Assembly: GCF_006345805.1 (NCBI RefSeq)
Contig: NC_043003.1
Span: 7,936,001-8,000,000, forward strand
Direction: 5' to 3'
Source: Octopus sinensis
Taxonomy: Eukaryota
DNA: 64,000 nucleotides
Below the pieces are notes generated by a model. That model was not told where the DNA came from and made no database searches. It saw nothing but the letters and a program-made list of their open reading frames with translations. A program made the position numbers and the translations under genes. This document shows, one piece after another, positions 53,290 to 64,000 of the stretch (the stretch's first letter is position 1; every line of letters begins with the position of its first letter).

Positions 53290-53830
53290 ATGTCTAACGA
53301 AACAGTACATCAAATCGCTTGCCCTATGCGTAATCTAGAAGCGCCACGCCCCCTAAGAGAGAGCCAACCTGGGGTTGAAAACTCATCCACTGGCACAAAC
53401 CCTTCTCTGGATATGAACCTGGATAGTCACTTGAACGGGAACTGCGCTAACTCGAGCCTCCCAAATCCACCACTACACTCATCACAGAAAGAAAAATACA
53501 AAAGGATCAAATGGTCCCGAGAAGAGTATACAGAAGTAATATACGCCTATTACATAGATAAATACAACCCTCTTAAATATGAAATAGCCCGGCTATGGAA
53601 AATGGAGAAGGTGAAGTTAGTTCCAATTATTGTTGGGTCCTTGGGAAGAGAATCAGAAGGCATCAAGGGGAATGTAAAGGAAATTGGAATAGAATGCCTT
53701 GTTACAAAAGGTTTGCCTCCTTGGCACAGCCAGAATAATCAGGAAAGTATTAGCTGAAAAGAATGGATAGCATGGTACCGTAGGCTGAAGGTAGCAAGCT
53801 TGCTACGTAGGAATTCCAACAAAACCTCTG
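53290..53830 (+). mobile_element. Internally deleted R4/Dong-like (RLE) non-LTR retrotransposon
   Basis: N-terminal KRIKWSREEYTEVIYAYY is fused in frame to the RLE tail KYNPLKYEIARLWKMEKVKLVPIIVGSLG, then frameshifted LLGTARIIRKVL. Ends near AACAATAAT. Confidence 0.7.
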
Positions 53831-53847
53831 ATGAAAAGAAATACTAA

Positions 53848-54066
53848 CAATAATCCTTCCTACTCTCTGTACAAGGACTGGAAATTGTGTGGGGAGAGGC
53901 AGTCGATTACATTGACCCCAGTATTAGACTAGTTCTTAATGTATAGACCCCGAAAGGATGAAAGGCAAAGTCGACCTTGGTGGAATTTGAACTCAGAACG
54001 TAAAGACAGACGAAATACCGCTAAGCACTTCACCCGGCGTGCTAACGATTCTGCCAGTTCACTGCT

Positions 54067-54098
<32 letters not shown>

Positions 54099-54518
54099 TA
54101 TTATTATTATTTTTTATTATTGGCCCAAGGCCTGAACTTTGGGGGAGGATACAAGTCGATTACATGGACCCAAGTGCGTAACTGGTACTTATTTTATCGA
54201 CCCTGAAAGGATGAAATGCAAAGTCGACTCCGGCGACATTTGAACTCAGAACGTAAAGACAGACAAAATACCTATTCCTTTACTACCCACAAGGGGCTAA
54301 ACACAGAGGGGACAAACAAGGGCAGACAAATTGATTAAGTCGATTAGATCGACCCCAGTGCGTAACTGGTACTTATTTAATCGACCCCGAAAGGATGGAA
54401 GGCAAAGTCGACTTCGGCGGAATTTGAACTCAGAACTTAAAAGACAGACGAAATACCGCTAAACATTTCATCCAGCGTGCTAACAATTCTGCTAACAATT
54501 CTGTCAGCTCGCCGCCTT
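53848..54518 (-). mobile_element. Family-A SINE cluster
   Basis: Three units with the same body; (TAA)n spacers. Confidence 0.85.
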
Positions 54519-55474
54519 AATACCAATAATTATAATAACAATGGTTTCTAATTTTGTTTACATATTCGACTATTTGGTCGTATGAAACATTTTATTCTGA
54601 TAAATCGCATTTCCATTATTATAATGAAACCGGATCTTTTTTGTTACAGTTTGTTAAAAGCAATCTCCCGATTTTTACTTAATCCACCAATATCTTTAAA
54701 GTTAGTTTTCTTGCCACTCTAATCAATAAAATAATTATCTGATTATGGCTATATTGACAGTAAACGCTTTGAAAAACTCTATTTTTCTTGTTTTGCTCTG
54801 AAAATAACTATCTGCTTAGAGACACAGAGCGGCAGCGCATCGGCACTCCATCGCTTTATGTATTTAGCTTCAGTTTATATTATTAATGCTGAAAAACAGT
54901 GTTGTTGGATTAAATGCTGTAAGTGGCCAATCGTTTCTTTACTACGTTTCTCCAAGTCAATGAGAAACAAATAGTACAAAGAACTACATACATAAATCAC
55001 CAGTGATTCGTATTTTCCTGCCCGTGCACAGATATACACATACATAAATACATACGAAATCTAGACAAACTTTTTCAAGGAATACCAGATAAGCCACCTA
55101 TATCCAGATAAAACTCACTCAACAAGAACTCCTTACTCGAATGGACCATGATATCACAAAACTTGACTTAAAAAGGATTTAGCTAATCCTATCAGGTGGT
55201 ACTATTAAGTTAGACATGGCCTGGAGCTGTCTTTGGTCGAATCATATTTTGTCTGTGGTTATACCCCCAACATCGCTTGACGACAGATGGTGTGTTTACG
55301 TCCCCATAACATAGCGGTTCGGCAAAAGAGACCGATCGAATAAAGCGTACAAAGAACAAGTCGATTTGTTCGACTGAAGGCGGTGCTGGAGCATGGCCAC
55401 AGTCAAATGACTGTTAGAAGTGAAAGAATAAAATAACATATATATATATAAATACACGCGCGCGCGCACGCACG

Positions 55475-55521
<47 letters not shown>

Positions 55522-55853
55522 GTGAAAAAATCAAAGGACTACTAGGGCCGGTTTCCCTCTGCCACTGGAGAGGACAGTGGTCCGTTACAGTAATTCTAAT
55601 ATTTGCCAGCTGAGTGTACTGGGGCAACGTGTAATGAAGTGTTTTACTCGAGAATACAACGCATCTCCCGGTCCAGAATTTACAATCACAATCTTACAAT
55701 CACGGGTGTACACATTAAGCCATGCCCGACACACGCATAGGTTTGTTTGTATGCCAAGATAGATAGAACAATTTGACGTAAACTAAAGAATTATTACTCA
55801 ATACTTTTTATCAGAATACATGCTGATTAAACTTTTACAAGGAATATATTGAT

Positions 55854-55893
55854 AGTGACTTCGATGTTTCGGTTTGCTCCTCTTCGTCAGACT
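55854..55893 (-). ncRNA. Weak hammerhead-like motif
   Basis: AGT-CTGACGA-AGAGGAGCAAACC-GAAAC ATCGAA GTC|ACT. Stem II is only 2 bp. Confidence 0.4.
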
Positions 55894-56422
55894 GTACTTT
55901 ATTTGCGTTCATTTTGCCTATGTATAGCCTTTGGCAAGTCGTTCTTTTGACGGATGTAGAATTATGTGAAATGATAACTGGGTGCGATTAACCTAGACAG
56001 GAACATTTGTTGCCTAGGAAGAAGGGATAAAAGGATAAGTTGTAATAGTTGTATATGGGTAGATAAAAGGTTATGAAGAAGGGGATTGAAGCTGGCAATG
56101 TTTCCTTTTTAATTATATCATTTTTGTCAATGTAGGTGAAGCATCATTTATTCAACGTACTTTTGTCCGTGTAACTTTTGTTATGAAGAGCTTCGTCATA
56201 TGGTGTGCTATTATATGTAATGCCTTTTCATTGGAAGAAAAGAAATAGAGGCTGAGATGTATGAGCTTGATAAACATTTTAATTATAACTTTGGATTGTA
56301 TGTATATAATGAAGGTTTCGTTTTCTATTTGTTTCATAAAAGTAGATTATAGTCTAGTGTTACGTTGAGAAGGTTAACTAATTAAGATTGATTACTGTAA
56401 CCTAAAAACTTAATATGTATAA

Positions 56423-56716
56423 TGTGGAACCTTGGCTTACGAACACCTTTCATCACTGAGAAAACCGATTTACCAACAATTTTTTGAAAATAAACATCTC
56501 GGATAGCATATGGAGTCTCGAATAACGACCACAAAAGCCGACAAGCTTGTAGTATCAGCGGGACGGCTTCAGTTCCTGGTTAGCTTTCGCTCAGGGAACA
56601 TCCGTGCTCGAATTCACTGAACAGTGAATGGGAAAAATTGCTTCGGTTTCCGAATATTTTGGGTTACGAAAGGCCTTCGAAAACGAATGAAATTAAATTC
56701 TTAGACCGACGTTCCA
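56423..56716. mobile_element. Tc1/pogo-like MITE (degenerate)
   Basis: Imperfect TIRs TGGAACCTTGGCTTA... / ...TTAGACCGACGTTCCA, with TA flanks nearby. Confidence 0.4.
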
Positions 56717-56723
56717 ATATATA

Positions 56724-56768
<45 letters not shown>

Positions 56769-57582
56769 CACGTGGGATTCTTCCAGTTCGTCTACAAAAT
56801 TCACTCCAAAAGGCTTTGGTCGGCTGCTGAAGCTATAGTAGAAGACACTTGCCCACAGGTCCACGCAGTGGGGGACTGAACCCGAATCATGTGGTTGGGA
56901 AGCAAACTTCTTACCACACACCCACACACCACACCACACACACACACACCACACCACAAATATATATATATATATATACATATAAATATATTTATTTATT
57001 TATTTTTTAGAGAGAGAAAGAGAGATAGTGAGGGAGGGGGAGATATAGAGCATTCAGATGCTTGTATGTACGTGTGTACGTATGTATTCTATCTGTGCAA
57101 AAGAAATGCCACACTGTGGAGCCAGGGTGAAGCTCTCGATGTAAAGCGTCCAAGACAAAGTTGTTTTTTTTTTTCATTCCGAAGAACATGAAAGAAAATA
57201 AGAGAACTCGTTCCCTCGCCTATATATTTGGAAGCATGTTCCTATGTCAGATAATCGATACCAATTTCTCATATGTTTGAGTGGTATAAAGTGAATTGCT
57301 AGAAATTCCATGATCAGATGCAACCGAAAAATTGGGACACAGCAGTATCGATTTCTCTGGGAAGGGCTGAATGGTACTTGTGAAATTGTTGGATATCTTT
57401 AAAGATACAGAGAAATAGATGTAACCTCAAATTGAAATCAGGTGAACGTTGCCCCCACGCTCCCTCTATCTAATTACTGATCGGCACGCAAGCACCGTTA
57501 TCCGATTCTCTCTCATAAACTCATGCATACACTTCACGTGTGTGCGCGTGTGTATGATGGTATATATGTATACACACACACA

Positions 57583-57650
<68 letters not shown>

Positions 57651-57851
57651 CACTCCTGTGTGTGTATATTGGTATATGCATACAAGCATGTATACACGCA
57701 CACATTTGTACGTATAAAGACATGAGAAAAAGGAAATGGAAATTACAAGTCTCTTTATTCCCGACTGTTGTTGACATCAGGTAACCGAATGCTGTGAACA
57801 GGATTTAAGCAGCATGCATTAAGTTGCATACGCGAATATAGAATCATTACC

Positions 57852-57884
<33 letters not shown>

Positions 57885-58198
57885 GTGTGTGTGTGTGTGT
57901 GTTCTAATATACTAAAGGTGATAAACCAACTAATGTGTTTTTCCATTTTCTTATTTGTAATATAAATTAATGGTAAAATATTTCTTTACCTACACCCATT
58001 TAATATAATAAGTGAGTTTATTGTATTGCAATTAAAATCACTTGTGTATTAATAATTTCGGTATTATACCAACAGTATATTGGATAAGTATTATCCGTTA
58101 GAGGTTTGGATCTACAACCCCTAACTTACTTGGTATATATATATATATATATATATATACATTACTTTATTCAAAAGCAACATAGATTCAACAAAACC

Positions 58199-58235
58199 TG
58201 TTACTCTGAGTTCACGGTTTCCCGTTCGTCAGACA
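58199..58235 (-). ncRNA. Hammerhead-like motif, one A missing from GAAA
   Basis: TGT-CTGACGA-ACGG gaaa CCGT-GAAC TCAGA GTA|ACA. Stem III is ACTC/GAGT. Confidence 0.55.
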
Positions 58236-58338
58236 TTTTTTGAATTTTCTGCTGCTTTGAATAAAGCATATTACTCTACCACTGGTATTAAGTACTCTTT
58301 TTTCTACCTTGTTTCACATTTATGTGTTTACCCCGGTA

Positions 58339-58450
<112 letters not shown>

Positions 58451-59284
58451 CTTTAATAGAATTAAAGATAAAATCATGTTAATAATTTTATTAATTGGTC
58501 AGCGTGAAATAAAAAATCGAAGGTAAATTTTATATTAAATTTATAATTCTATGCATAATTATATCAAAAGGGTCAGGAATAGCCTTCTCCAACACGCTAA
58601 AAATAATCTCCAAATAACACTAAAAATCTACTGTAAAACTCCTACAGCAGAGGGTGTTTGCGGGCAAATGAAAAGTAATAAATAGTACTTCACAATTATA
58701 TATCTGAACCAATTTCGAGCTTAAGGCAATGAGAAAAGCTTATTACTTATTATCTGTACAATATTCCCTGGTATATAATCACAAATACTTATACATACGC
58801 AAACGAAGAAAAAAGCCGTACGTCCATATACAAATATTAGCACATATGTACTAGATAAAGTCAAATTTATATTTTTCATTTCAACCACGTGCTTTTTATC
58901 AGAATAGCCTCGCAGCAATGCGATTTTGATCAGGAGCAAATATATTTTATTATTTATTATTATAGAATTAAGGATAAAATCACGTTAATGATTTTATCAT
59001 GCGGTCAATGTAAAATAAAACCTCGTAGGTAATTTTTATATACTACATTTATAATTGTTTACATAATTATATCAAAGGGATGAGGAAAAGCCTTCTCTGG
59101 CATGCTAAAAATATACGCCAAATAATACTAAAAAAACTACAGTAAAAAGCGTGGTTTTAATGCTATTTGGCGCCTATTATTAGAGTGTCGGAGAAGGCTC
59201 TTCTTGATCCCTTTGATGTAGTTATATATACAATTATAAATTTAGTGTATATATATATATATAGATGGATAGGTAGATAGATGA

Positions 59285-59400
59285 AACAGGAGTATGAACA
59301 ACAAGCAAGTGTATTGGTTTGACGCTCGGGAAAAATGAAGTCTTTTACGTTTCGAGCCAACGCTCTTCAACTGATAGGAATAAGAGAAGATAAATTGAAA
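59285..59400 (-). mobile_element. Degenerate family-1 HHR unit
   Basis: On minus: CAGTTGAAGAGCGTTGGCTCGAAACGTAAAAGA at 59341-59376. Confidence 0.6.
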
Positions 59401-59454
59401 GACAATGAAAAAAAAAAACTTCAGCTGTCCATATGTGTGTGTGTGTGTGTGTTA

Positions 59455-59800
59455 TCTTATTTTACTTTCTTCAGTCATTTGATTGTGGCCATGCTAGAAC
59501 ATCTTCTTTAGTTGTCGAAATCGACCCCAGGACTTACTTTTTGTAAGCTTGTATTTTATTTATTCAATTCCTTTGCAAAACCGCTAAGTTACGGCGTCGT
59601 AAACACACCAACATCGGTTTTCAAGCGATGCTGAAGCAAACAGACACACAAACATATACATGTATGTATATATATACGATGGGCTTCTTTCAGTTTCCAT
59701 CTACCAAATCCATTCTCACGGGTTTCGTTGGCCCGAAAGTATAGCAAAACAACTCGAACCATGTTGTTGGACAACAAGTTCCTTACCACACAGCCACGCT
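59455..59800 (-). mobile_element. Family-B SINE (diverged)
   Basis: Same modules. Confidence 0.7.
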
Positions 59801-59944
59801 TCGGCCTATATATTCCCGAATACTGAATCAATCCTAATGGTTTTCATAGCACCCATATTTGGAAGTCATAAATACTCTCAGACTCAAATGCTCGCAGGAC
59901 AAAACTTGAAGAAAGAAGACAATGAAGAAATCAGAACTTCGTAA

Positions 59945-59970
59945 CTTATGTATGTATGTATGTATGTATG

Positions 59971-60001
<31 letters not shown>

Positions 60002-60470
60002 GTATGCGTGTATGCATGTATGTATATATGTATGTGTGTATGTATGTATGTATGTATGTATGTATGTATATATGTATGTGCGTATGTATGTATGTATGTA
60101 TTTATGTATGTATGTATGTATGAATGTATGTATGTATGTATATATGTATGTATGTATGTATGTATGCATGTATGTATGTATGTATGTATGCATGTATGTA
60201 TATATGTATGTATGTATGCATGTATGTATGCATGTATTTATGTATGTATGTATGTATGTATGTATGTATGTATGTATTTATGTATGTATGTATGCATGTA
60301 TGTATGCATGTATGTATGCATGTATGTATGTATGTATTTATGTATGCATGTATGTATGTATGTATGTATTTATGTATGTATGTATATATGTATGTATTTA
60401 TGTATGTATGTATGTATGTATGTATGTATATATATATGTGTATTTGTGTATGCATATGTACATATATATA
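59945..60470. repeat. Compound (TATG)n microsatellite
   Basis: Direct inspection. Confidence 0.97.
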
Positions 60471-61173
60471 TATGTGCGTCTCTGTGTGTATCTTGAATGT
60501 GTGCGTGTGTGTGTGTGTGTGTAAGGACATATGTAACCACAGCAACCAATTTATTAAGAATGTTGAAACGAGTTAATCGATAAGCATGTAAGTTCTATCA
60601 GTCATGTGGAAAACACACACCAGCCTACTTTCAGCCTCCTACCTCGAACACCGGCTCCCAACCACGACCCCCACCATCCACTACGCACAGGTCTCCTTAA
60701 CGAAATATAATTGAATCTTTATTTTGCAATGATAAGATTTATTTCAAGCATGAGTAACTGGTAAAAACATGTGAAACTAGATATTAGATTGATTTCACGG
60801 AGCCAATTTTATCAGATCAAAGATCAATCAAAAGCCGCACACAACAGATCAGAGAAGATCATTTCTCGTAGATTCATCCATAACATATGTCTTATTTATT
60901 TGTCATTCTGTTCAGTCATTGTTACATATGAATTCGAAGACAAATAACGAGCATCAAATAATATTTATAAAGATGAAATGGAAACGAGGGTCTCGCTTAC
61001 AAGATCTGCAAAAATCTATTCCTAAGAGAAGGCATTGCTGGTTGACTGAGAAGCTTGCTTTGCAGCCACGGGTTCATCACTGCTGCACAACACGTGTCTT
61101 ATACTATTGCTCCCGGGCCGGCTAATACCTTTTCAGTAGAGGAGGTAGAAAGAAATTGTGTTCATCGTGTCCA

Positions 61174-61174
<1 letters not shown>

Positions 61175-61249
<75 letters not shown>

Positions 61250-61262
61250 CATCTCTTTATCC

Positions 61263-61349
<87 letters not shown>

Positions 61350-61662
61350 CATCTATTTATCCATCTATCTATCTGTTCCTTTTCCTTTTCTTTTTTTTCT
61401 TTTTATTCTTTTTATTTTATTCAATTTTTTTTTTGTTTTGTTCTTTTCTTCCCTTTTCGATCCCTCTTGATCGAAAACCTACGCCACCCCCTTTTTTTGT
61501 TGTTTTTTGTTCTCTTCATCCCAAAAGAAAAGCTCTACCTTGTAACTTGTCCCATCTGTGTGCAGCCCTGTGTGGCCAATAAAGAAACTTATCTATCTAT
61601 CTATCTGTCTATCTATCTATCTATCTATCTATTCTATCTATCTATCTATCTATCTATCTATC

Positions 61663-61716
<54 letters not shown>

Positions 61717-61830
61717 ATCTGTCTGTTCGTCTATCTATCCATCTATCTATCTATCTTTCTATTTATTTATCTACCTATATTTCTATCCACCTGTCTGACT
61801 GTCTGTCTGTCTATCTATCTAACTAACTAT
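61175..61830. repeat. (ATCT)n microsatellite blocks
   Basis: Direct inspection. Confidence 0.95.
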
Positions 61831-62451
61831 TTATCCATCATCTATTTTATGTACACAGACACATACACATATATAGCTTGACAACCGGTAGTAGTTAATT
61901 CACGTACCCGCAACTTAGCGGTTCACCAAAAGAAAAACAAAACAATATAATAAATACTAAGTAGTGGAAGAAATGCATATAGGCTACACTCAATTGCAAC
62001 AATTATAATTTCTCAGTTAAGAAACGCAAGAAATATTCTAATTCGCATGTAATGAAAAGGATTGAGATAATCGTTATGCATTGGCTCATGAAGACGCCTT
62101 GCAAACCTATATTTTTCAATAAGAAAAGCAATCTAGACTCTTCTATGTAAACAGTATTCTCCAAAGCGGATTCATTATTTATGCCAAGAGCGTACATTGA
62201 CCAAATATTCAAATATCAACGTTGGATAAAATTTTCAGAATTGAGCGATAATATATTGGTGCAATCGCAGAAACAAGAAAGTTAGTCATGTGACTACATT
62301 TAGCTGATATTATAAGAATCCGTTGTGTGCTGTATGTACTGCAGGATGTACAACGGGCGGTTATATAACGGATAACTTCTTAATATCGAATTAAATAACA
62401 TCCAACATGGACGTAAAGTGACGTCGTTGTGCGTGATATAGTAGTCTTGTG

Positions 62452-63460
62452 AGAGGCGGCGAGCTGGCAGAAACGTTAGCACGCCGGGCGAAGTGCGTAG
62501 CCGTATTTCGTCTGCCGTTACATTCTGAGTTCAAATTCCACCGAGGTCGACTTTGCCTTTCATCCTCTCGGGGTCGATTAAATAAGTACCAGTTACGCAC
62601 TGGGGTCGATATAATCGACTTAATCCTTGTTTGTCCTCTCTGTGTTTAGCCTCTTGTGGGTAGTAAAGAAATAGGTATTTCGTCTGCCGCTACGTTCTGA
62701 GTTCAAATTCCGCCGGGGTCGACTTTGCCTTTCATCCTCTCGGGGTCGATTATATAAGTACCAGTTACGCACTGGCGCCGATGTAATCGACTTAATACCT
62801 TTGTATGTCCTTGTTTGTCCCCTCCGTGTTTAGCCCCTTGTGGGTAGTAAAGAAATATTTCGTCTGCTGTTACGTTCGGAGTTCAAATTCCGCCGAGGTC
62901 GACTTTGCCTTCCATCCTTTCGGAGTCGATAAATTAAATACCAGTTACGAACCGGGGTCGATGTGATCGACTTAATCCCTGTGTCTGCCCTTGTTTGTCC
63001 CCTCTATTTTTAGCCCCTTGTGGGCAATAAAGAAATAAGAAACGTTTGCACCCCGGGCGAAATGCTTAGCGGTATTTCTTGCCTTTATATTCTGAGTTCA
63101 AATTCCACCGAGGTCGACTTTGCCTTTCATCCTTTCGGGGTCGATAAATTAAGTACTAGTTACGTACTGGGTTCGATCTAATCGATGCCCCCCCGCCAAA
63201 AAAAAATTCGGCCTTGTGCCTAGTGTAGAAAAGGATATAATAGTCTGCTGAATAATAACGACAATCTGTTATACTGACTTAGAATTTCGGTACGAGGTAC
63301 AATTTCTGGCTGATGTGTGTGTAGTGTGTTAAGTTGATTACATCGACCTCAAACGGATGAAAGACAATATCGTTCTTGCGGAATTTGAATTCAGAACGTA
63401 AATACAGACGAAATGCCGCTAAGCACTTTGCCCGGTGTGCCAACGATTCTGCCATCTCTT
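62452..63460 (+). mobile_element. Family-A SINE array (four units plus one inverted copy at 63330-63460)
   Basis: Head at 62452, then bodies restarting after GTAAAGAAATA. Confidence 0.88.
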
Positions 63461-64000
63461 AGCCTTCAACAACAGGTTACCATATTGATATTTTTAATTG
63501 CATCTACAACTTACTGTTTATACAACGTATAAGACAAAACCGCTAAGACAAACAACTTTTATCTTTATATACAACAGTACTGTTTATGCATTAGTGAAAT
63601 GAAAACAAATGGGACAATCAATATTTACAATCAAATATAAAATTTAATATTTATACAACGTTTAAATGAAAACAATTCGGACAAAGGAAACTTAACGAAG
63701 AGTGGTTTTGAATACAACTAAGTCTAAACGAATGAACGAGCTTAAAATAAAACCATAACTGTTTAAGTAAAGTAAACAAATCGTATGTGGTTAGGAAGAT
63801 TTCACTGAGCAATGAGAATGATAATGAAATCTCTTAATATGAGATTGCTGCAATCGTTTAAAAAAAATCACTAAGACTATCGTGGAATTCGATGGTTGTG
63901 GTCTCTCAAAAAATGAGAATGAACCAATGAGGCCTGTATGTGGATGTAAACGTCCGAAATAATTAAAGAAGGAAAGAAACAAAATGTTAATAAACTTGAT

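Noticed and set aside
63940-63975. GGATG/CGTCC stem followed by GAAA
   Set aside because: The upstream core does not fit CUGANGA and there is no stem I.

Overview
AT-rich, gene-poor eukaryotic repeat landscape, full of (TA)n/(TATG)n/(CA)n/(TAA)n microsatellites. The SINE families present resemble those of octopus genomes (inference, not a database result). Almost all ORFs in the supplied track are microsatellite translations. The dominant feature is a ~7.3 kb Penelope-like retroelement (PLE) insertion at 17576-24908. It is a 5'-truncated RT + GIY-YIG copy joined head-to-head to a ~3.1 kb inverted copy of its own 3' part, set between (TA)n tracts. It has Asn-rich inserts in the RT-endonuclease linker and a minimal type I hammerhead ribozyme (HHR) near each 3' end. 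At least seven different HHR-like families are readable by eye across the window, including a G3-C8 core-swap variant. Several sit in small palindromic insertions that repeat the same (TA)n-arm|arm-(TA)n architecture. Also present: tRNA-derived SINEs of several families (often multimeric or chimeric), four non-autonomous Helitrons, internally deleted R4/Dong-like and RTE-like LINEs, a tRNA-Thr-derived tandem/inverted unit, a foldback minisatellite, and one candidate host exon. No complete host gene can be supported.
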